Assembly: GCA_038087875.1 (NCBI GenBank)
Contig: CM075980.1
Span: 65,410,001-65,474,000 of the forward strand
Direction of reading: 5' to 3'
DNA: 64,000 bases
Origin: Malacoraja senta
Lineage: Eukaryota
The notes below the pieces were generated by a model. That model searched no databases. It was not told where the DNA came from and was given only the letters and a program-made list of their open reading frames with translations. Of this stretch, positions 52,088 to 64,000 are shown one piece after another (position 1 is the first letter of the stretch; each line of letters starts with the position of its first letter). The position numbers and the translations under genes are program-made.

Positions 52088-53049
52088 AGTATTGAATTAG
52101 TAATCAGAGGCTTATATTTATGATCTTGAAATACAAGTTCACATCCAGGAAAAGCTGGTGACCTTGAAACTACCAGTCTATCATAAAAATCCATCTGGTT
52201 CATTGCAATCTTTCACTGAAGGAAATCTATCCTACTCTAAAGAAAATATACACCAGCCTAAACCTGTCTCTACTCATAACTATCACTCTCCACCTTTGGC
52301 TGCAACCTTATAAACCTCCTATGCGCCCTCTCCAATGCTGTTACATCCTTCCTGCAGTGTTGTATCCAGAATATAGTATTCTAGCTGTAGACCAACTAAC
52401 CTCTTCGACAATTATGCACCACTCATCTACTCTTGTATTGTGCAGCGTGGTCCATAAAGAAGATATCCCATTTCAATTCTTCACCATCTAACCTACTCCT
52501 GCCACTTTCAGCGACATGCACATGCACTCCAAGATCTACCTGTTTGTTTATACTTCTTAGTATCGCATCATTTATTGTTATTTCCTTGCCTTTCCCTCAT
52601 GCATTACCAGATTTAATTTCTCTTGACACTTTTGTACCCAGTTCATCGATAACTTCCTACAGCCAAAATCATCAACCACAACCACAACCACAATGTGACA
52701 TTGCCATACTTCTTAATTGTGGATCCGACATTTAACCCCCAGTTATTTATATATACTGCAAAAAATAAGGGATCTAATCCTGAGTCTGCTGGATTCCGCA
52801 CAGACTTCAGTCACTTACATTTTCATTGCCTTTTGCTTTTTGCCACTGAGCCAATTTTTAATTCAACTTGTCACTGTTCCTTGGAGCCAGTGAGCTTTTA
52901 GTTTCATAACCAGGATTTTGTCATATACTTTGCTAGATCCATGCAGATTATGTAAAAAAATTCTACCCTCATCAACCCACATTAGCTCCTCAAAAGTCTT
53001 CCTTTAAAAAATCCATGTTAATTGTCCTGGGTTGCTGCAGATGTTGATC

Positions 53050-53086
<37 letters not shown>

Positions 53087-54257
53087 AATTGTTCAGATTT
53101 TCTATTTGCTTCACTGGTGTGAACCTGGGACAGAACTTTTCCCTCATTCTCAGGGGGTCTGCCACAAGCTAGCCCAGCCCTCTGACTTCCTTGCAATCCA
53201 CTCATAGTATGTATCTCACTGTACGACATTTGCATTTTTCTCTTGAGTAACTGGCTCCTTAGTGATGGCAAAGGTAAAAGGGCACAGTCATGATGAGGGG
53301 AAGGTGCAGCGATATAAGAAGATATGTTAATGATCAGAGGAAAAAATAAAGTTGAATATGGTGAGGTATGATGTTAAAAGAGTTTTAAAAGTGCTGGAGG
53401 AACCTAGCATGTCAGGCAGCATCTGTGGTAGGAAATGGATAGACTACATTTTGGCACCAGATTGCAAATTACTGACCCATGTTAAGAGATTATGGGTCAA
53501 ACTTTGCAGCAGGGTGTACCATGCAACATAGATTTCTTCTGGGTGCTCTGGGTTCCTCTCACGTCCTAAAGATGTGTTGTTTATAGTTTAATTTGCCTCT
53601 GCAAATAATTGCTCTTTGTGCATAGGGAAATGGATGAGAAAGTGGGATAAGAGTTCAAGAGAGTTCAAGAGACATTTATTGTCACATGCACCAATTGGTA
53701 CAATGAGAACTAATGTAAATTGGTGACCGGTGGTCAGCTTCAGTGGGCCGAAAAGCTTGTTTCCATGCTGTATCTCTAAACTATAAACTAAAAAATCATT
53801 TAACCCCTCCATCTGCTCCCCTTTCATTAAGATCATAGTTGCTCCATTACCATTTTCCCACACCAGCCCCATATCCAAAAATATCTGTATAATTAATGGG
53901 GATGATCAGCCATGATCACATTGAATGGCAGTGCTGGCTCGAAGGGCCGAATGGCCTACTCCTGCACCTATTGTCTATTGTCTAATTGAATCCTGTCCCA
54001 AACGCTACATCATATCCAGACAGAAAATAAAGTGTTTTTCCTCACGTTGGACTTGAGTAATTACTGTAGGCAGCCAAAGATGTCAGAAAGGGGAAAAGAT
54101 GAAAAATTGGAAGCCTAGGGTGATCCTAACAGAATGCACATGGGTTTTCAATTACTCCAGGGATTGAATCTCAACTCCAGCACCATTTTAGCACAATGTT
54201 GTTTGAATCAGTGCTGTTCTCTCTATCAGTCTGGGCTCAATCTTGACTTCTGGGACT

Positions 54258-54679
54258 GTTTAGTTTAGTTTAGAGATACAACACAGAAACAGGCTCTGCG
54301 CCAACCAGCGATCCCCGCACACTAGCACTATCCTGCACACACTAGGGACTATTTTATGATTTTACCAAGCCAATTAGCCTACAAACCTGTACGTTTTGGA
54401 GTGTGGTCGGAAACCGGAGCTCCCAGGGAAAACCCACACAGGTCATGGGAAGAACATACAAATTTCATACAGACAGCCAGTGGCGGACTGGCCAGGGTGT
54501 CAGCTTCCCCGATGGCAAGTGGGCCCCTGATGAAGTGGGCCCCTGATGAAGTGGGCCCCCTTTGTCTCCTGGCAACCAATATTTTTAGACCCAGTCCGCC
54601 ACTGCAGACAGCACCCATAATCAGGATCGAACCCGGGTCTCTGGCGCTGTAAGGCAGCAACTCTACCACTGTGCTGCCG
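54258..54679 (-). mobile_element. HE1-like V-SINE interrupted by a hAT MITE
   Basis: Reverse B-box GGTTCGATCC, V-domain and (CTAAA)n tail. Confidence 0.8.
54478..54604. mobile_element. 127-bp hAT-type MITE
   Basis: Perfect 14-bp TIRs CAGTGGCGGACTGG; perfect 8-bp TSD CAGACAGC; internal 16-bp tandem AAGTGGGCCCCTGATG. Confidence 0.95.
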
Positions 54680-55699
54680 CTCTGTCTTTGAGTTTGCAAT
54701 TTCCCCCTGTGATCACATGGGTTTCTTCCTACATTCCAGAGCTATGCTGAGTGGTGAGTTAATTATCTATGGTAGATCAACCCCAATACATGTGAGTGAC
54801 AGGAGAATTGGGGCAAGTTAAAGAGCAGAGAATAGGTTATACGAAAATAAGTGGGGGAATGGGATGTTGGGAATGCTCTGATTGCCAGCATTGAATCAAC
54901 AGATCAATGGCTTACTGTGTCATGAGGAAATACAATAAGAAATTAGTTGTCTTATCTTGGACCTCAATGACCAGAAATTGATGCAGTATTCAAGAATATC
55001 CTTTCCGTGATATGATGAAACTTCAGTATAACGATCTCTGAGTTAAATGATTCTGCTTGGGCATTTCAGATTGGGTCTTTTTTTTATTATAAAAAATGGA
55101 TATTTGGAATGTACTCTCGCTCCAGTTTTTCCTCTCCAGCTAGGTCAACCCCGTTAGCCATGTTTTATCTACGTTTGTTTAGTTTCTTAAATAGGTATTC
55201 TTTCTTCGGCAGAGTTGTCTAAAACTAGACATCATAGGTTTAGGGTAAGTGAAAGGAGATTCAGATCTGAGGAAGATTTGTTTCACCTGGAATCTGGAAC
55301 TCATTGCCTGAGAGAGTGGTGGAGGCAGAAACTATCACAAACAGTGAATAAGTGTCCAGATGAGCACTCAAACACCAAGATATGGAAGGCAATGGACCAA
55401 GTGCTGGCTGGTAAAAGGGGATTATTACAAATTACAGCCCCCAGACAATTATTACAGCCCCCAGAGAGCTGTTTAAAAAAAATAAACATGGAAGTAGGCC
55501 ATCCCCCACCGAGTCCACGTCGACCATCGATCACCCGTTCACACACGTTCTTGGTTAACCTTGGTCTCTGGCGCTGTGGACCATGTTTCAGCGTTGACTG
55601 TGGTGTTTTAGCGTTGATGAGTACGAGAGGGAGGGAGAGAGAGAGAGAGCGAGAGAGAGCGAGAGAAATAAACCCAATACATAGTGGAGTCGCACTTAC

Positions 55700-55810
55700 G
55701 CTGGGTTAATGGCAACTGTCGCTCCGTCGGAGATGCCGAGCGTCTGCACCAGGCCCGCGTCTCCTGGCAACCGGACGCCACGCGCCGTTACCAGGAAGCA
55801 AACGCCAATC
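55700..55810 (-). promoter_or_regulatory. DNAH1: Putative DNAH1 promoter and non-coding exon 1 with RFX X-boxes and a CCAAT box
   Basis: CpG-rich patch; minus-strand donor CAGC|GTAAGT at 55699; X-box-like GTCTCCTGGCAAC (55759-55771), GTTACCAGGAAGC (55787-55799) and GTTAATGGCAAC (55705-55716); CCAAT at 55805-55809. RFX control of motile-cilia genes is established. Confidence 0.75.
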
Positions 55811-57077
55811 TCTCTTGTCGGGAGTACTAAGTACATTAAAGAGAAACCATAACAGTGCCTTCTGAACAAATTCCTATTAAAGAAAACATTGCAGTTCAAT
55901 ATTCACGAATAATTCTAAAATTTAAGCGGTTTTAGCGATGTTATTGTATCATATTTCTGGATGAAGCGATGCTCCTCCCCCAGCATTGCTGTAAAATATG
56001 CAGCCAGAAGAGGCGGGTGATTGGGAGATCGCGCCTTCGTGGGGAGGGTACAATTGTGTCAATTTGGGGGTTTGCTCCGCATTATATAACGTGCAGTTCC
56101 ATTTATTTAAATGATCTTGTAAAAAAGAAACCAATAGAGATGATTAAACATTTGCAAGGTTTAGCAAAGTGTAAGCATACAGGTTTGGCGGATGCAGAAA
56201 CGTCAACCAAGTTTTCTGAACTGATTTATTTACACAATCGCTCCTTGGCAAACAGGTCTCTGCAAACACATCTGATCACAACGGTGGTCAGCAAAACAAC
56301 TGTGGCGCGAAAGCGAAACCGCGCGAAAACAGCAGCCCCTCCCGAGTCACTTGACCACGGCTTCCGATCGTGGGTTCGATATCTGCGTGCGCCAGCAGGC
56401 GCCGCTACACAGGCACGAATATTCAGCGTTAGCATCTTGGACGTCCTGGACCCAGCACATAGATGCAATCATGAAGTAGGCTCGCCAGTGCCTCAACTTT
56501 CAGAATGCTCTAACAAACTGTTATAACGGTGCTGTAGAATATATTGTCTTTCTCTTTGCAGCATGCAATGGTATGGCAATTCCAACGCACATGAACATAA
56601 GAGGCTGCAGAGAATAGGGCGATTGCACGGCCGGCGAGGTCACGACACTTGACCCCGTCTCCCACGGTGGGGGCTTTTTTAAATTTGATGTTTTAAAATC
56701 ATGTTTTAGTGCATTGTAGAAGTATGAGTTTAATGTTTTTGTTTGGTATTTTTACGATAATGTAGGGCCTACACGAGAGATAGGAGCTAAAATGTTAGCT
56801 TGTTTTATGTGTGCGGTGGGGGGTGGGGGGTTTTGGGGGAAACTTTTATAATCTCTTACCTCGACGGAGATGCGATTTTTTTTCCATGTCATACCTCCGT
56901 CTGCACTGCGGCCTAACATCGAGGAGTTGGCAGTCTTTGCTGAAGACCAACTTTGGGAGCTTCAGCCATGGGTGCCTGCGGACAGGGATCGACATCGGAG
57001 CTCCAACCGCGGATGCCACATCGTGGAGCTTGCGATCTCTGGTTTGAGACCGACTTCGGAAACTCTAAGCTTCGTCC

Positions 57078-57996
57078 GTTAAGGTTAAGGGTTAAGGTTA
57101 AGGGTTAAGGTTAAGGGTTAAGGTTACGGGTTAAGGTTACGAGTTAAGGTTAAGGGTTAAGGGTTAAGGCTAAGGGTTAAGGTTAAGGGTTAAGGTTAAG
57201 GGTTAGGGTCAAGCTTAAGGGTCAAGGTTAAGGATCCAGGTTAAGGGTCAAGGTTAAGGGTTATGGGTTAAGGGTAAGGTTCAGGTTGAGGGTTAAGGTT
57301 GAGGGTTAAGGGTTAAGGCTAGGGGTAAGGTTAAGGGTTCAGGTTTAAGGTTCAGGTTTAAGGTTCAGGTTCAGGGTTAAGGTCAAGGGTTAAGGTTCAG
57401 GGTTAAGGTTATGGGTTAAGGTTAAGGGTTAAGGTTAGGGGTTAAGGATAGGGGTTAAGGTTAAGAGTTAAGGTTAAGGGTTAAGATAAGGCTTAAGGTT
57501 AAGGCTTAAGGTTAAGGGTTGAGGATAAGGGTTAAGTTTAAGGGTTAAGGGTTAAAGGTTAAATGTTAAGGTTAAGGGTTAAGGTTCAGGGTTAAGTTTA
57601 AGGGTTAGGGTTAAGAGATAAGGTTAAGGGTTAAGGGTTATGGTTAAGGGTTACAGTTAAGGGTTATGGTTAAGGGCTATGGTTAAGGGTTAAGGTTAAG
57701 GGTTAAAGTTAAGGGTTAAGGTTAAGGGTTTAGGTTAAGGGTTAAGGTTAAGGTTAAGGGTTAAGGTTAAGAGTTAAGGTGAAGGGTTAAGGTTAAGGGT
57801 TAATGTTAAGGGTTAATGTTAAGGGTTAAGGTTAAGGGTTAGGGTTAAGGTTAATGTTTAGGGTTAAGGTTTAGGGTTAAGGTTAAGGGTTAAGGTTAAG
57901 GGTTAAGTTTAAGGGTTAAGGTTAAGGGTTAAGGGTTAAGAGTTGTTAAGTGTTAAGGTTAAGGGTGAAGGTTTAGGGTTAAGGTTAAGGGTTAAG
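57078..57996 (+). repeat. Telomere-like tandem array (TTAAGG/TTAAGGG)n
   Basis: About 920 bp of mostly alternating 6- and 7-mers with scattered TTAGGG. Confidence 0.97.
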
Positions 57997-58810
57997 ATGA
58001 TCTTTGATCACCCCGATCGCGGGAGCTTCGATCGCCCCGACTGCAGATGGATCGACTGCCCCGACCGCGGGAGAATAAAGAGGAAGAAGATTTGACTTTT
58101 TTGCCAACCATCACAGTGTACAAGTATGTGGTACTTGTACATGCGTGCGTTAACTATAGGCAGGGCCGCCCTTAGGAGGTGCGGAGCCCAATTGGGAAAA
58201 GTTTTGGTGAGCCCCAGGTTCCAAGCCAAGGTCTGTAGAATCATAGAAATACAAATAAAGTCTATTATAGACTTTATATCTCTATGGTAGAATGGAAAGT
58301 AATCAAAATGTGTACTTAAAAAAGTGCCTGGAACAAACTGATCTAAGCTACATCTATATTACTGAAAGTAAGATCTTGACCGCTTTTGACTCACTGCGAT
58401 GTGATTTCCGAGAGAACGCCGCCACTTACAGCCGTCATTTTTAGCCACCTCGCTCAGAGCCCCCCTCCGCCGGACTGGACCAGAGGATTTTTCCCATCGA
58501 CGATAAATCTGAGAGATATTAATGTTTTACAAAATTTCGCCATTCTCTCTGCTGGGAGGAGGGACTATAAAACTATAAAACCCGGAAGTGTGGTGGCTCA
58601 CTCAGAGGATGATGTCAAGATGGCGCCGAGTGCAGGCGCCATTGAATAATTCAGGAGAGCTGCTCTGTCTATGGTGAGTGTGTTTGTTGGATGTTATTTA
58701 AAGCACGTTTTTGCTTCAGCAACAGCAGCCTCAACAGGAGGCTTTAAACATTCATTTTACACACTGTATATTCAACACGTTCTGAAGTTACTTGGAATTT
58801 TAGTATTGGG

Positions 58811-59438
58811 TGAGTGTGTGNNNNNNNNNNNNNNNNNNNNNNNNNNNNNNNNNNNNNNNNNNNNNNNNNNNNNNNNNNNNNNNNNNNNNNNNNNNNNNNN
58901 NNNNNNNNNNNNNNNNNNNNNNNNNNNNNNNNNNNNNNNNNNNNNNNNNNNNNNNNNNNNNNNNNNNNNNNNNNNNNNNNNNNNNNNNNNNNNNNNNNNN
59001 NNNNNNNNNNNNNNNNGAATGAGTCTGTATGTGTGTGTATGTGTGAATGAGTCTGTGTGTGTGTGTGTATGTGTGTGTGTGAATGAGTCTGTNNNNNNNN
59101 NNNNNNNNNNNNNNNNNNNNNNNNNNNNNNNNNNNNNNNNNNNNNNNNNNNNNNNNNNNNNNNNNNNNNNNNNNNNNNNNNNNNNNNNNNNNNNNNNNNN
59201 NNNNNNNNNNNNNNNNNNNNGAGTCTGTGTGTGTGAGAGTGAGTCTGTGTGTCTGTTTGAGTGAGTCTGTGTGTGTGTGTGAATGAGTCTGTGTGTGTGT
59301 GTGAATGAGTCTGTGTGTGTGTGTGAATGAGTCTGTGTGTGTGTGAATGAGTCTGTGTGTGTGTGTGTGTGTGTGTGAATGAGTCTGTGTGTGTGTGTGA
59401 ATGGGTCTCTGTGTGTGTGTATGTGTGTATGTGTGAAT

Positions 59439-59479
<41 letters not shown>

Positions 59480-59490
59480 AGTCTGTGTGT
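58811..59490 (+). repeat. (TG)n / GAATGAGTCT(GT)n compound microsatellite with assembly gaps at 58821-59016 and 59093-59220
   Basis: Directly visible. Confidence 0.95.
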
Positions 59491-59937
59491 GAAGGACAAG
59501 GAGCAGAGTGGGGGGGGGGGTGAAGGGAGGATGGGTGACTGAGTGAACTGCCAGCGTACCAGGCGTGAGTGACTGCACTGCCAGCCCACGAGCCGTGAGT
59601 AAGTGAATTGCCAGCCCACCAGCCGTAAGTGACTGAACTGCCAGCCCAATAATCCATTCAGTCCACCCTCTCCCCCTTCTCTCTCACAGTCTGTCACCTG
59701 TTTTGGGCAGAATTTCTGGCAGTTTCTCAGCTGTATTTTTATTAACTAGATCCTGGAAAACCAATAACTATTGATGAAAAACCAGTCCAGGCATTAAATT
59801 TTGGGCTTCAGCCCCATCCTACCCTTTGGGATTCTACCCCATCCTAACTTAGTTGTGTGTGTGTGTGTGTGTGTGTGTCTTAGTTGTGTGTATGTTAGTT
59901 GTCTGTGCATGATGTGTGTGTGTGAGTTGTGTGTGTG

Positions 59938-60190
59938 GGGGAGGGAAGGAGAGAAGGGAGGGAGGGAGAGAAGGGAGGAAGGAGAGAAGGGAGTGAGGGA
60001 AGTAGAGAAAGAAGGGAGTGTGAGAAGGAGAGAAAGAAGGGAGGGAAGGAGAGAAGGGAAAAGAGAGAGAGGAAGGAGAGAAAGAATGGAGGGAGGGAAG
60101 GAGAGAAGGGAAAAGAGAGAGAAGAAGGAGGGAGGGAAGGAGAGAAGGGAAGGGAGGGAGGGAAGGGAAGGAGAGAACGGAGGGAGAGGG
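59938..60190 (+). repeat. Polypurine (GA-rich) low-complexity tract
   Basis: Directly visible. Confidence 0.9.
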
Positions 60191-60559
60191 CCGGCGGCAG
60201 AAGCGGATGCCGGGTTTCCGGGCGGATGGGTGCGAGCTGAGGCCAAGGTTTGTAAACGGTGCTCCAACCCCTGGCCCGGCGTGGCCCTCCCTGTATTGTT
60301 CACCGCCTCTCCCCGGGGTGTGAGAGGGGTGGAGCCGGGGCTGTGTGTGTGAAGCACGGCGACTGGAGGGGCGGGAGTGCTGCCCCGGGACCGTGAGGGA
60401 ACGACCCACCTCCCCCTCACCCCCTTCTCCATTCCCCCTCACACCCCCCTCCCCGTCTACCCCTTTCTTCCCCCTCCACCCCTCTACTCTCTCTCCACCC
60501 CTCTTTCCCCCCTCCACCCGGGGTAGATCTACCCGAGCCGAGAGTAGATCTCCCCTCTC

Positions 60560-63500
60560 TGTGGTATTATGGAATAATAGTGTAAGGAATGCCTTTATTT
60601 TGTAGTAACCGGAAGGTGGTGCTGCTGCCAGTGGTCAGGCTGCAGTGACGGCATCCAGCCTGAAGTTGGGGCTGTGGGTGTAACCGGATGGACGTGGGGT
60701 GCCGGGCCCGGGCATGCACACGAGGCTGCTGCTGTACAGAGTTGCTAAATAAAGACAGACTCCGATTACGTCGTTGTGTGAGCCTCATTATAAGAATAAC
60801 TTGACATGGTGTCAGAAACGGGATACTTGTAAGCGGAAAAAAAAAAAGAAGAAGAAGTGGAAAGTATCGTTTTGGCGGAGAAATGGGAGATGAGCTGGCA
60901 GATATGGCGCAACCTACACCAACTGCTACGTTCACAATACAACCTCCAGAGCCATTCGATTTTACCAAGCCTCAAGAATGGGAGCGTTGAATCAGGAGAT
61001 TCGACCGCTTTCGGCTTGCAAGCAACTTAAATGCAACGTCGGAAGAAAACCAGGTGAACACGTTAGTGTATTGCATGGGCGATGAAGCCGAAGATGTGCT
61101 AAAGGGGCTAACGCTAACTGCAGATGAGAGGAAGATGTACACGGATGTCAAGGCGGGCTTTGATGCATTTTTTGTGCCTAAAAAGAATGTAATCTACGAA
61201 AGAGCCAAGTTCAATCAGCGTGTGCAACTGCCAGGAGAAACGGTGGATTCCTTCATCACTGCTCTATACGGATTAGCTGAACACTGCAACTATGGACAGT
61301 TACAGAACGAGCTGATCCGCGACAGGTTAGTGGTCGGGCTGAGAAACGTCTCATTGTCAGAAAAGCTACAGCTAGACAGAGACCTAACCCTTGGAACTGC
61401 TATAACAAAGACAAGGCAGTCTGAAGAAGTTAGACGACAGCGGTCTGACTTAAGAGGAGAAAATGGCGGTGCTAGCAAGTGCTCTAATGTTGATGCTGTG
61501 CATGCTAAAAGCTACAGAAAACCTAAATTTTCCTCAAAGCCTCAGCCACAAGCACAAACACCAGGCAAAAATAAACTTAATACACGGCCACAGCCAGGTT
61601 CAAAGGCCTGTTATAGATGTGGAAAAATGCCCTCGCATGGAAAATTGGAATGCCCTGCTAAAGATGCTGTGTGTCACAACTGTGGCAAAAAGGGACATTA
61701 TGGCAAAGTGTGCAGAAACAGTGCAAAATCTCTGAATGCTGTCACTACAGAGGAAGAAGAGAGCTTTTTCCTGGGAGCCGTGGATACTGGAAAAGACCCG
61801 TGGTCGGTGCAGCTACAAGTGAGACAAAAAAAAGTGTGCTTTAAAATAGACACTGGTGCTGATGTCACCGCCATGCCAGCCGAGGTGTACCATGACATTA
61901 CAGGGGGGCATGATGTGAAGCGCCTGGCAGTGTCGACACGCCCGTTGTTTGGGTCATGGGGCAATGCACTCTCTGTCCTAGGTGTAGCCAGAGAAACACT
62001 GCGCAGAGGCAAAAAGACAGCCATAGAGAACATTTATGTAGTAAAAGACCTGCACACTGCACTGTTGGGAAGGCCTGCCATAGAACAGCTTCAGCTTGTG
62101 TGCAGGGTTGACAGCATCACCATGGAATCAGTGAAACAACAATATCCGAAGCTGTGTAGCGGCTTGGGTCTTGTTCTGAGGCCATACTCAATTAAATTAA
62201 AGCCAGAGGCTGTGCCCTTCTCTCTCCACACACCACGCAGAGTCCCTCTGCCGCTTATGGGAAAAGTGAAGGAGGAGATAGACCGTATGGAGAAGATGGG
62301 CGTAATCACCAAGAATGAGGAGCCGACTGATTGGTGTGCCGGGATGGTGGTGGTGCCGAAAAAAGCAGGTGATGTTCGCATTTGTGTGGATTTCACAATG
62401 ATGAATGAATCAGTATGCAGAGAAAAGTTTATCCTGCCTTCTGTCGAGCACACTCTGGGCATGCTAGCTGGCGCAACAGTCTTCAGCAAATTAGATGCCA
62501 ACATGGGCTTTTGGCAAGTACCATTGACAAAAGAGTCTGCCAAATACACCACCTTCATCACGCCTTTTGTGCACTACTATTTTAACCGTCTACCCTTTGG
62601 CATAGCATCAGCCCCCGAGCACTTTCAAAGGATGATGGTGACAGAAGTGACCGGTGGCCTGGAGGGGGTACTGTGTCACATGGATGACATCCTGGTCTGG
62701 GGACAGACGCAGGAGGAGCATGATGTGCGGCTACATGCGGTGCTAGAGAAGGCACAAAAGGCCGGCATTACGCTCAACATGGACAAATGTGAGCTCACAC
62801 GCCACACAGTCAGATTCCTGGGTCATGTGATTTCAGCAGATGGAGTGAAGCCAGATCCAGAGAAGACGAGAGCAGTACAAGAGATGGATGCACCCAAAAA
62901 TGTCAGCGAACTCAGTAGTTTTCTGGGCATGGTCAATCAGCTGGGCCGCTTCTTGCCTAACCTGGCTGAAAAAGACAAAGTGCTATGAGACCTGCTGTCC
63001 AAGAAGAACCACTGGTACTGGGGGACAGAGCAGCAGGCCGCCTTTGATCAGTTAAAAACAGAGCTGTCATCCACACCAGTGCTCACATTATACAACCCAA
63101 ACAGTGCTCTAAAGATCTCTGCTGATGCCTCTTCCTTTGGCCTGGGGGCAGTCCTGCTGCAGAAGAGCGATGCCATGTGGTCACCTGTGGCATATGCGTC
63201 CAGGTCAATGACGCCAACAGAGCAGCGCTATGCTCAAGTAGAGAAGGAGGCATTGGCTGCAACGTGGGCATGTGAAAGGTTCAGCTGTTTCATCCTGGGA
63301 AGACCATTCGAGCTGGAAACTGACCATAAGCCGTTGGTGAGTCTGCTGGGAAGGAAAGCTTTGGATGACCTCCCACCAAGAATCCAAAGATTTAGGATGA
63401 GACTCATGAGGTACAACTATACAGTCAATCATGTCCCTGGCAAAAGCCTGTGGACAGCCGACACCTTATCTCGTGCTCCTCTGAGAGCCGCAAGAGCACA

Positions 63501-64000
63501 CACAGACACAAGCCTATTAGAGGACACCAACATCTATGTAGACTCTGTCATCAGCAACATTCCTGTCAGTGGAGATTATCTGAGCAGCCTACGTGAGCAC
63601 CTGAAGGCAGACAGCACATGCTCTGCACTGATGGAGTACTGCACAGACAGCTGGCCCGACAAAAGCCAACTGCAGGGAGTGCTGAGACATTACTGGGCTG
63701 ATAGAGCAGTGCTGACTGTGCACAATGGGCTGCTGCTGCGGGGCACGAGGCTCGTCATCCCATCAGCCTTACAAGGTGATGTGCTGCAGAGACTACATGA
63801 GGGACACCTGGGGGTGACAAAGTGCAGGGGCCGGGCCAAACAGACGGTATGGTGGCCAGGACTCAGCAGCCAGCTGAATGACATGGTGCTGAAATGTAGA
63901 ACCTGCACCCGAGAGAAGGAACGTCAAAGAGCCGCTGATGCCAACGGAGATGCCAGACAGGCCTTGGCAAACCTTGGGAGCTGACCTGTTCACGCTGAAA
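60560..64000 (+). mobile_element. Young Gypsy (Mag-like) LTR retrotransposon running off the window
   Basis: LTR ends at ..TTGACA 60806 (start about 60560, uncertain); PBS TGGTGTCAGAA at 60807-60817; single-frame gag-pol from ATG 60904 with two CCHC knuckles, KIDTGA, HMDD, DAS/EKEAL RNase H, HEGH integrase. Confidence 0.93.
60904..63984 (+). pseudogene. gag-pol polyprotein with two in-frame TGA stops (60988, 62986) and a frameshift near 63910
   Basis: ATG 60904 and ORFs 61054-62988 and 63079-63984 are all in the same frame. Confidence 0.88.

Noticed and set aside
54600-54679. tRNA gene
   Set aside because: It is the tRNA-derived head of a V-SINE, continuous with the SINE body
55969-56526. 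185-aa ORF divergent from DNAH1
   Set aside because: No recognisable domain or splice structure; likely a chance ORF
57078-57996. True telomere or chromosome end
   Set aside because: Flanked by ordinary sequence on both sides, and the units are mostly non-canonical
58671-60605. Long His/Thr, Val/Cys, Pro/Ser/Leu and Glu/Arg/Gly ORFs
   Set aside because: Translations of microsatellites, polypurine tracts and N gaps

Overview
Repeat-rich vertebrate DNA; the HE1-like V-SINEs, CR1/HER1-like LINEs and Penelope pLTR repeats suggest a cartilaginous fish (skate/ray-like; inference). The only host gene is the 5' part of DNAH1 (axonemal dynein heavy chain 1) on the minus strand. I traced 12 phase-consistent GT-AG coding exons (ATG at 51021, 2147 nt, about 715 codons, continuing beyond position 1) and a probable non-coding exon 1 and promoter with RFX X-boxes at about 55700-55810. 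The introns and upstream region hold three Mag-type Gypsy LTR elements, a solo LTR, a near-full-length CR1, a Vingi-like LINE nested in a Gypsy, Rex1/Babar fragments, Penelope-like elements (PLEs) and hAT-type MITEs. The most interesting signals are: short TSD-flanked PLE-derived units carrying minimal hammerhead ribozymes, including fold-back palindromic copies with a ribozyme on each strand; a 127-bp hAT MITE carrying the same 14-bp X-box as the DNAH1 promoter; a 0.9-kb telomere-like (TTAAGG/TTAAGGG)n array just upstream of the promoter; and a diverged local copy of the DNAH1 start exon inserted into a CR1. All calls come from reading the sequence; no database searches were run.
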